DNA from: Desulfobacterales bacterium
GTDB taxonomy: Bacteria; Desulfobacterota; Desulfobacteria; Desulfobacterales; SG8-13
Direction of reading: 5' to 3'
Length of the DNA: 58,908 nucleotides
Assembly (NCBI GenBank): GCA_049281435.1
Contig: JBAPSB010000371.1
Coordinates: 1 to 58,908 of the forward strand
Shown: positions 32,338-39,471 of the stretch, one piece after another
How positions within the stretch are numbered: the stretch's first letter is position 1
Layout: each line of letters opens with the position of its first letter
Made by a program: the position numbers and the translations under genes
The notes under the pieces: model-generated
What the model saw: only the letters and a program-made list of their open reading frames with translations
Database searches by the model: none
Told to the model about the DNA's origin: nothing

Positions 32338-32413
32338 CAGGCTTTAGAATACCGGTTTGGGGCGGAGTTACCGGTCGTGCCGACAACCCGTACCTTAATA
32401 AATATCCGTCAGC

Positions 32414-33835
32414 ATGCCGGCCGGCAACGATTTAACCGTACAGCCTATTGAAGGAGTGCCGAACTTGGCGGTTTCCACACATCTGACAGCGCAGCGCTAC
32501 CCCACGGCCGTGGCCTTTTTGCTGACCTCGGCTTTCTGGATGATGATCGCCACGGCCTTCGGACTCATAGCCGCCACGGAACTGATCGCACCGGATTTGA
32601 CCAGGAACTTCTCCTGGCTGCTGTTCGGCCGCATACGCGCCGTTCACGTCAACCTGGTTCTCTTCGGCTTCGTCACCCCCGGGCTGCTGGCGGCCGCTTT
32701 CTATTACCTGCCGCGCCTCCTGCGCTCCGAAATCTACAGCGAGAGGCTGGGGATATTCACGGTCTTTACCTGGAACATTTTCCTGGTGGCGGCCGTGGTG
32801 AGCCTGGCAGCGGGGCACAGCCAGGGGCGGGAATACGCCGAGTTGATCTGGCCGATCGATATCATGGTCATCCTCGGCTTCGGCCTGGTGTTCATCAACT
32901 TGGTGATGACCGTCCGCCGCCGTAAAGAGCCGCTGCTGTACGTTTCGGTCTGGTATGTTCTGGCGGCGATGGTGTTGACGGCCTCGACCTACGCCCTGGG
33001 CAACGTCATCTGGCGACCGGACACCGGTGCGCTGGCGGGCATTCCGGACGCCATCCTGCTCTGGTTCTACGGCCACAACATTTTCGGCCTTCTGCTCACG
33101 CCCCTTGCCGCCGGGGTGGCCTATTACGTGATTCCGCGCGCGATCAAGGCGCCCCTTTACAGCCACACCCTGTCGCTGCTGGGCTTCTGGGCGCTTATCG
33201 TCGTCTACACCCACATCGGTACCCATCACCTGCTGCAGGTGCCGGTGCCGACCTGGCTGAAAGTGATCGCCATCGTGGACAGCAACGCCATGGTCATACC
33301 GGTCATGGCCTTTCTCATCAACATCTGGTACACCTCGAGGGGCAAACTGGGAGAGATCCACGCCGACATCGGCGCCAAGTTCGTTTTCACCGGCACGATC
33401 ATGTATTTTTTCGTCAGCATCCAGGGTTCGATGATGGCGCTGCCCGTGGTGCAGCGCATCACGCACTTCAACAACTGGACCGTGGGGCACGCCCACATCG
33501 GCGTGCTGGGGTTTGCCGGCATGATCGCCCTGGGCGGGATCTACTACATCCTGCCCAGGATTGCCGGCAAGCCGCTTTACAGCCGCCTGCTGGCCGATGT
33601 CCAGTACTGGCTGGTGCTGATCGGCGTAGTGGGCTTCACGGTGGTTCTGACCATCGTCGGCCTGGTGCAGGGCAATTCCTGGTACAACGGCGAGGTAGTA
33701 TATCGTATCCTGCCGGCGGTTCACATCTACTACGTGATCCGGGCCGCGCTCGGTGTGATGATTTTTAGCGGGGCGATTATCGGATTCTACAATATCGCCC
33801 GGACTCTGCTGCTTAAAACTGGAGAACAGGCATGA
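32414..33835 (+). CDS. ccoN: cbb3-type (C-family) haem-copper oxidase catalytic subunit
   Basis: 12-TM protein with C-family blocks FGRIRAVHVNLVLFGF, LWFYGHNIFG, GTHH and NWTVGHAHIGVLGF. Confidence 0.9.
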   Translation: MPAGNDLTVQPIEGVPNLAVSTHLTAQRYPTAVAFLLTSAFWMMIATAFGLIAATELIAPDLTRNFSWLLFGRIRAVHVNLVLFGFVTPGLLAAAFYYLPRLLRSEIYSERLGIFTVFTWNIFLVAAVVSLAAGHSQGREYAELIWPIDIMVILGFGLVFINLVMTVRRRKEPLLYVSVWYVLAAMVLTASTYALGNVIWRPDTGALAGIPDAILLWFYGHNIFGLLLTPLAAGVAYYVIPRAIKAPLYSHTLSLLGFWALIVVYTHIGTHHLLQVPVPTWLKVIAIVDSNAMVIPVMAFLINIWYTSRGKLGEIHADIGAKFVFTGTIMYFFVSIQGSMMALPVVQRITHFNNWTVGHAHIGVLGFAGMIALGGIYYILPRIAGKPLYSRLLADVQYWLVLIGVVGFTVVLTIVGLVQGNSWYNGEVVYRILPAVHIYYVIRAALGVMIFSGAIIGFYNIARTLLLKTGEQA

Positions 33836-34764
33836 AAATGACGCTCCACGTTGTGGTCGTCGGCAGTCTCATGATTCTGGCGGCCGTCGTTTTCGTGGTC
33901 GTTTACATGTCCTACGCCACGCGGGATGAGACCCCATCTGAAATCTTTCGCGCGCGCACTGCCGACGAAGCCGCAGGGCGCCTGCAGTACATCGCCAACG
34001 GGTGCGTCTACTGCCACACGCAGTCGATCCGCGCCATCGACTGGGGCTTTGGCGCCGAACGGATCGCCCAGGCCGGTGACTACGTCGCCGATCGTCCGAT
34101 CCTGCTGGGCTCGGAAAGAACGGGCGTGGATCTCTCGCAGGAGGGCGGCGAGCATCCGGATGACTGGCATCTGGCCCATTTCCACAATCCGCGCTACACG
34201 CGGCCCAACTCCATCATGCCGCCCTTCGAGGTTCTCGGCGAAGAAAAGATCCGCAAGCTGACCACCTACGTCCAGAGTCTGGGACTGCAGGCCGCCGACC
34301 GGCGCGTGGCGCGCCAGACATATTGGAAGAAGGAAGCGGTCAAGGCCTACGAGGCCGGACCGGAAGAAAACATCCAGTGGATCAACGCGCACGTGCCCCA
34401 GGGCTGGCGTGACATTCCCAACCCGTATCCGACCTCGGCCGCCGGCCTGGCCCGCGGGCACAAAATCTATCAGGACAACTGCCTCGGCTGCCACGGGCCC
34501 GTCGGCGACGGCGTGGGTCCGGCCCAGCCCTGGATCTATCCGCCGCCCTTTAATTTCACCATTTTAAAAAACCGTGAAATTTCGGGCGGCATACTCTACT
34601 ACCAGATCATGAACGGCATCACCGGCACGGCGATGCCCTATTTCAAGCGCGAACTCGAATCGGAAAAGATCTGGGACGTCGGCAACTATGTGGCGGTCTA
34701 CTTCATCAACCAGTCCGATGCCGACACCGAACCCAAAGGCATCGATGCCGCCTATGAGCCCTGA
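33832..34764 (+). CDS. ccoO: cbb3 oxidase subunit CcoO fused to an extra monohaem cytochrome c domain (CcoP-like)
   Basis: TM anchor, then CVYCH in a FixO-like region (GSERTGVDL, HNPRYTRPNSIMPPF), then a second haem site CLGCH. ATGA overlap with ccoN. Confidence 0.9.
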   Translation: MKMTLHVVVVGSLMILAAVVFVVVYMSYATRDETPSEIFRARTADEAAGRLQYIANGCVYCHTQSIRAIDWGFGAERIAQAGDYVADRPILLGSERTGVDLSQEGGEHPDDWHLAHFHNPRYTRPNSIMPPFEVLGEEKIRKLTTYVQSLGLQAADRRVARQTYWKKEAVKAYEAGPEENIQWINAHVPQGWRDIPNPYPTSAAGLARGHKIYQDNCLGCHGPVGDGVGPAQPWIYPPPFNFTILKNREISGGILYYQIMNGITGTAMPYFKRELESEKIWDVGNYVAVYFINQSDADTEPKGIDAAYEP

Positions 34765-35087
34765 GCTTGAACATAGAAACTTGGTGGTTGAAACTCGAAA
34801 CTGGAAACTCGGTATTTGAAACTGGACACTCAATGTCGTTAACTTAAAGAATTCCTTTGAAGGTCCTCCTTTGAGAAAGGGGGATTTAGGGGGATTTTAA
34901 ATGATCACAAGAAATCCCCCCTGGCCCCCCTTTTTCAAAGAGGGGAAGATTTGGCCTCAAGTTAATGGCATTGAATAGACACTTTTAACGCAACACCATT
35001 AACCCGGAACCCGTAACTCGCAACCCGCAGCCCGTAACACCAAAAACCAAATACTAAACACCAAACACTAATTACTTTACAAACACA
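34765..35087. repeat. Composite intergenic repeat block
   Basis: GAAACT(C/T)G short-period array (about 34776..34830). A 158-bp palindromic element (34825..34982) with G-run arms GGGGGATTT / AAATCCCCCC. Then an AAC-periodic array (34986..35087). Confidence 0.85.
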
Positions 35088-35348
35088 ATGTACTTCCCCT
35101 ACTTCATCGCCTACATCGCCATCGGCCTTATTCTCAGCGTGGCGGTGTTTGTCTGGGCCGTCAGGAACGGGCAGTTCAGGGAGCAGCAGCGGGCGCGCTT
35201 TCTGCCGTTGGAAGACGGGCCACAGGCCGCGTCGCCGAAAGCCTTTAGAATCGGACGACTGGAAATCTACGGACTGTTTTTTTTGGCGCTGGCCGGACTA
35301 TCCGCCAGCGTCGCCATAGTGATCTTTGCGATCATTTTCGCAAAGTAA
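35088..35348 (+). CDS. ccoS: CcoS/FixS-like cbb3 oxidase maturation protein
   Basis: N-terminal TM followed by WAVRNGQFREQQRARFLPLEDG, which resembles the CcoS signature. A second TM at the C-terminus is atypical. Confidence 0.65.
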   Translation: MYFPYFIAYIAIGLILSVAVFVWAVRNGQFREQQRARFLPLEDGPQAASPKAFRIGRLEIYGLFFLALAGLSASVAIVIFAIIFAK

Positions 35349-35365
35349 ATTAGCGGAGTAAAACC

Positions 35366-35641
35366 ATGCGTTTCTTCGATCTGCTCAACTTTCAGGACAT
35401 CATGGTGTACCTTTTTTCCGCGCTGATCTTCATTCTCGTGTTCGGACTGTTTTTAGCGTACAGCCATTTCCACACGCATGATTCCGAAGAGCGAAAAACC
35501 AGGATCCAATACCGCTTTCCGGCCGGGATCGGCGACCGCTACGCCCCTTTTCCGCTGGCAATGGGGCTGACCATCATCGGGACCGTCCTCTGGGCATTTC
35601 TCTACATCCTCTTCACCGGGCTGCTGGAGGTGAAAATTTAG
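35366..35641 (+). CDS. Two-TM small membrane protein, possible oxidase accessory subunit
   Basis: GGAG SD. 91 aa. The next gene starts 1 nt after its stop. The second helix region resembles the N-terminal domain of CcoP (weak). Confidence 0.5.
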   Translation: MRFFDLLNFQDIMVYLFSALIFILVFGLFLAYSHFHTHDSEERKTRIQYRFPAGIGDRYAPFPLAMGLTIIGTVLWAFLYILFTGLLEVKI

Positions 35642-35642
35642 C

Positions 35643-35888
35643 ATGGAACCAGAACTCGAAATAGAGCCGGTCCTGCCGAAAGAGCACACGCTGGGGATCT
35701 GGATTGTGATCGCGCTGCTGCTGGCGTTGATTCTGGGCAAGGGCCTTTTTTCCTACTATGTCGTCGGCGACCTGGGGATGCCGGAATGGAACTACGGCGC
35801 GGTAAAGGATGTTCCCGGGGAGTCGCCCTATGCGATTTACGCGCCGTTGCCCCACCCCCAGCATGTCCGGGGCGCCAAGGGTGAATAA
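35643..35888 (+). CDS. Single-TM small membrane protein, function unknown
   Basis: Tight packing: it starts 1 nt after the previous stop, and the next ATG abuts its own stop. One clear TM (IWIVIALLLALILG). Confidence 0.45.
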   Translation: MEPELEIEPVLPKEHTLGIWIVIALLLALILGKGLFSYYVVGDLGMPEWNYGAVKDVPGESPYAIYAPLPHPQHVRGAKGE

Positions 35889-36398
35889 ATGAAAATGGCC
35901 TTGCTGCTGGTCGTGGCCGTGGTTGTCCTATTGGTCTACAACCTGCTGATGTTTTACGACAACTACTCTCCGTTCGGGCGCATGCGCGAAACCCCGGCCG
36001 TTAAACCTTACGAGCAGCCGCAGCCCATCATGCCGGCCGGCCTGGTCCCGGTCGACGGTGGCGAAGCGCTTTACCGCGCGGGCGCGCCGGAATCCCTGAC
36101 CTCGCCTTTTTCTCCGGCCGATACCGGGGTGATTCTGGAAGGCGCCACGCTCTACTTCACCTATTGCCAGCAGTGTCACGGGATCAACCACGACGGCAAG
36201 GGCACCGTCGGGCAGAGTTTTGCGCCGCTGCCCCGAGACCTGAGAAGCGCCGCGGTTCAAGCCAGGACCGAAGGGGACATTTTCAAAGAGATCAGTTACG
36301 GGATTCCCGGGGGGCGGCAGCCACCGCTGGCCACCACGATTGCCGCAGCCGACCGCTGGAAAATCGTGGCTTTCGTGAAGTCGCTCGGCCGTCAATAG
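35889..36398 (+). CDS. Membrane-anchored monohaem c-type cytochrome
   Basis: N-terminal TM. A single CQQCH haem site with distal Met-region pattern. Confidence 0.8.
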   Translation: MKMALLLVVAVVVLLVYNLLMFYDNYSPFGRMRETPAVKPYEQPQPIMPAGLVPVDGGEALYRAGAPESLTSPFSPADTGVILEGATLYFTYCQQCHGINHDGKGTVGQSFAPLPRDLRSAAVQARTEGDIFKEISYGIPGGRQPPLATTIAAADRWKIVAFVKSLGRQ

Positions 36399-36497
36399 AC
36401 CGCCCTCTTTCCCTTGCGGCGACAATATTCGTGGAGTGAAAAAAGTTCCGCTGCGGCGGGACTTTTTTTGTCTGCGCCGGATTTACAAAGGACGCTT

Positions 36498-38981
36498 ATG
36501 CCCGAGGCCTGCGATTTGTGCGGCTTGAGCCTGCGCAACGGATGTTGCACCCTGGACCACGCCGGCGGTCGGTTCCGGTTCTGCTGCCTGGGATGCAAAC
36601 AGGTCTTCAGCATGCTCTGCGATGCCTCGGGCACGGCCGACCCGGCTGCTTTCCGCGAGACCGAACTCTTCCAGCGCTGCCGCGAGCTTGGCGTCATCCC
36701 GTCTTCCGCGGACGATCTTGCCCGGGCGGCTCCGCTGTCCGCCGGTGTCGGCCTGTCGCCCGCAGAGTTCTCTCCAACCCCCATCGCCGAGGCTGCCGGC
36801 GAGTCGCTGCCTCTTCAGCTGAAAATCGGCGCCATGTGGTGCCCGGCCTGTGCCTGGGTGATCGATGCGTCGCTGGCCAAACTGCCGGGCATCCTGCACT
36901 CCGAGTGCAGTTTTTCGACCGACCGCCTGCGCTGTGACTACGACCCGGTTCAAACTTCCCCGGACCGGATTATAGAGTTCATCAATCACTTCGGCTACAA
37001 GGCTTCATTGCCGGGGCAGGAGGACCGCGACCGGGAGCAGCGCCGGGAAACCTTGCGCTTCGGCATTTCGGCCTTTCTGACCATGAACGTGATGATGATC
37101 TCGTTTGCGCTGTACACCGGATTTTTCAGCGAGCTTTCGCGCGAGGCGATCGCCAGTCTTTCGTGGCCGGTGGCCGTGATGGCCACGGCCGTTTTACTCT
37201 ACGGCGGCCGGGATATCTTTCGGAAAGCCTATTATGGCTTCATTTCGGCCGCCTTCAGCATGGAGGCCCTGGTCGCGCTTGGCGCTGCCGGTGCGTATCT
37301 TTTCAGCGTCTACAACCTGCTGCGCGGCAGCATCCACCTTTATTTCGACACCGCTGCGATGCTGATCACCCTCGTGCTGCTGGGCAAGCTTCTGGAGCGC
37401 GGCGCCAAGGCGAAGGTGCTGGAAGACCTGGAGGCTTTTTTCGCGCTGGTTCCCACCAAGGTGAAAATCTGCACGGCCGACCAGCCGGCCGGGCACTACG
37501 TGGCGGCGGATTTTCTGCGCGCCGGCGACCTTTTTTGCTTGGCAGAAGACGAGATCTCGCCGGCCGACGGTCTCATCATGAAGGGGGCCGGCCTGGTGGA
37601 CGAGTCCTCTCTGACCGGAGAAGCCCGGCCGGTCGGCAAGGCCGCCGGCGACCGGATCCGCAGCGGCACCCGCATCAGCCGCGGCGACCTCACGGTCCGG
37701 GCCCTGGCCGTGGGCGATGAGTCGATCCTGGGCCAGATGATGCGCATCATCGAGCAGACCCTCGCCCGGAAAACCGACGTCGAGGGGCAAACGGACCGGC
37801 TCCTTAAAATATTCGTGCCGCTGATCATTCTGCTGGCGGCCGGCACGGCCGTCGGTGGGTATGTCCGCGGACTGGAGCCCGCCGAGGCCCTGATCCGGGC
37901 GATCACGGTGCTGGTGATATCCTGCCCCTGCGCGCTCGGCGTGGCCATCCCGCTGGCGCGCGTGGCCGGCATTACGGTCGCCGGCCGCAACGGCATTCTG
38001 GTGCGGGATTTTGCGGCCTTCGAGCAGGCCCAGCGTATCGACACTTTCGTGTTCGACAAAACCGGCACCCTGACCGAAGGCAATTGGCGGCTGCTGGCCA
38101 TCCGCCCTTTGGCCGGGATGACGGCCGATCGCCTCGTGGCGCTGGCGCTGGCGCTCGAACAGGAGTCGGATCACCATGTCGCGGTCGCGCTCAAGCGCTG
38201 GGCTGGAGAACACGGTATATTGCCGGCGGCCGTCACCGCTGTGTGCACCGCTCCCAACGGCATATCCGGTCGGTCCGGCGACCTGGCGCTCAAGATCGGC
38301 TCCGCGGATTTTCTGGCCGCCGAAATTGCGGCCGGCGCGCCGCCGCCGGCAATGGAGCCGCTGGATTTCGATGCCGAACCCACGTTGGTTTACATGGGCT
38401 GCGGCGGCCGGCTGTGCGCCGTTTTCGTTTTCGGTGACGCCGTTAAAAGCGGGGCCCGCAGGACCGTGGCGGAGTTAAAGGCGCTCGGCTATGCCGTGGC
38501 GATGGTATCGGGCGACGATGCGGCCGTCACGCAAGTAATTGCACGATCGCTCGGCATCCAGGACGCACAGGGGGCCCTGCTGCCGTCCGGCAAGGCCGCC
38601 TTCCTGGAACGCCGGCGCCGGGCCGGGAAAAGACCAGCGATGGTCGGTGACGGGATCAACGACGCCGAGGCGATGGCGGCGGCGGACCTGGCCATCGCGG
38701 TCCACTCCGGCAGCCCCCTCGGCAAAGAAGTCGCCGATATTACGCTCATGCGGGCCGAGCCCGAGCAGGTGCTGGTGTTTCTGCGCCTGGCCCGACGGAC
38801 CCACCGCAAGATCCTGCAGAACCTCTGGTTTTCCCTCGTTTATAACCTCGTCAGCATTCCGGTGGCGATGAGCGGTTCGTTGACCCCCCTGGTGGCCGTG
38901 AGCGCCATGCTGCTGAGCAGCCTGACGGTGATTGGTAACACCCTGCTGCTGGTCCGGTCCGACCCATGGACTGTACGATAA
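36498..38981 (+). CDS. ccoI: Copper-translocating P1B-type ATPase, CcoI/FixI-like
   Basis: N-terminal Cys-rich metal domain CDLCGL...FCCLGCKQVF. CPC (ISCPCALG), DKTGTLT and GDGINDA motifs. Start taken at MPEACDLCG. Confidence 0.9.
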   Translation: MPEACDLCGLSLRNGCCTLDHAGGRFRFCCLGCKQVFSMLCDASGTADPAAFRETELFQRCRELGVIPSSADDLARAAPLSAGVGLSPAEFSPTPIAEAAGESLPLQLKIGAMWCPACAWVIDASLAKLPGILHSECSFSTDRLRCDYDPVQTSPDRIIEFINHFGYKASLPGQEDRDREQRRETLRFGISAFLTMNVMMISFALYTGFFSELSREAIASLSWPVAVMATAVLLYGGRDIFRKAYYGFISAAFSMEALVALGAAGAYLFSVYNLLRGSIHLYFDTAAMLITLVLLGKLLERGAKAKVLEDLEAFFALVPTKVKICTADQPAGHYVAADFLRAGDLFCLAEDEISPADGLIMKGAGLVDESSLTGEARPVGKAAGDRIRSGTRISRGDLTVRALAVGDESILGQMMRIIEQTLARKTDVEGQTDRLLKIFVPLIILLAAGTAVGGYVRGLEPAEALIRAITVLVISCPCALGVAIPLARVAGITVAGRNGILVRDFAAFEQAQRIDTFVFDKTGTLTEGNWRLLAIRPLAGMTADRLVALALALEQESDHHVAVALKRWAGEHGILPAAVTAVCTAPNGISGRSGDLALKIGSADFLAAEIAAGAPPPAMEPLDFDAEPTLVYMGCGGRLCAVFVFGDAVKSGARRTVAELKALGYAVAMVSGDDAAVTQVIARSLGIQDAQGALLPSGKAAFLERRRRAGKRPAMVGDGINDAEAMAAADLAIAVHSGSPLGKEVADITLMRAEPEQVLVFLRLARRTHRKILQNLWFSLVYNLVSIPVAMSGSLTPLVAVSAMLLSSLTVIGNTLLLVRSDPWTVR

Positions 38982-39070
38982 AGGGTTTGGCTGCTGGTGT
39001 CGGTCGTCGGCGTATTACACTACAGATTCCTCCCTCTGGTCTTGCCAAACCCTTTATCGTACAGCCCATG
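38965..39070. repeat. Family-3 long hairpin element, copy 2
   Basis: 27-nt arms CATGGACTGTACGATAAAGGGTTTGGC / GCCAAACCCTTTATCGTACAGCCCATG pair at 26 of 27 positions. The ~52-nt loop closely matches the loop of 28510..28612. The left arm contains the last codons and the stop of ccoI. Confidence 0.85.
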
Positions 39071-39183
39071 CGGCGAGGTTACCGCCATTTTACCATCCGA
39101 GGTTCAGTGTCGCCCAAACCGGTGCCTGGTCTTGAAAGAGGCAGGTTCCTGCCGGCCCGGCCAAACCAAAAACAGGTATTCAC

Positions 39184-39212
39184 TTGATCATCAATCGGTC
39201 AAGGAGTATAAT
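39184..39212 (+). promoter_or_regulatory. Near-consensus sigma-70 promoter upstream of prkA
   Basis: TTGATC - 17 nt - TATAAT, read directly. About 260 nt upstream of the prkA ATG. A 12-bp palindrome ATTATGCATAAT follows at 39220..39231. Confidence 0.5.
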
Positions 39213-39368
39213 GATGGTTAATTATGCATAATTATCGGCATCTATTGCATGGGGGGCTCCTGATCCGACCCTGAGGCGGTTGACCCGCCGGTTTTGCGTA
39301 TTCCTGAACTTCTTCTTTTTTTCTCTGCCTGCAGATGCCCGCACGACAGCCCGCCCGACATGCGAGTC

Positions 39369-39402
39369 GGACCGGGATCCGAGTGTCGGTCCTTGTTTTT
39401 TT
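39369..39402 (+). terminator. Terminator-like hairpin plus T-tract inside the prkA leader
   Basis: GGACCG-N12-CGGTCC followed by TTGTTTTTTT. It lies between the candidate promoter and the prkA start. Confidence 0.35.
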
Positions 39403-39471
39403 CTCACGACCCGAACACACCTGCACACACCGGCGTCCAAGTACGTCAACGACTCAAAGTGGGGAGGCAGC

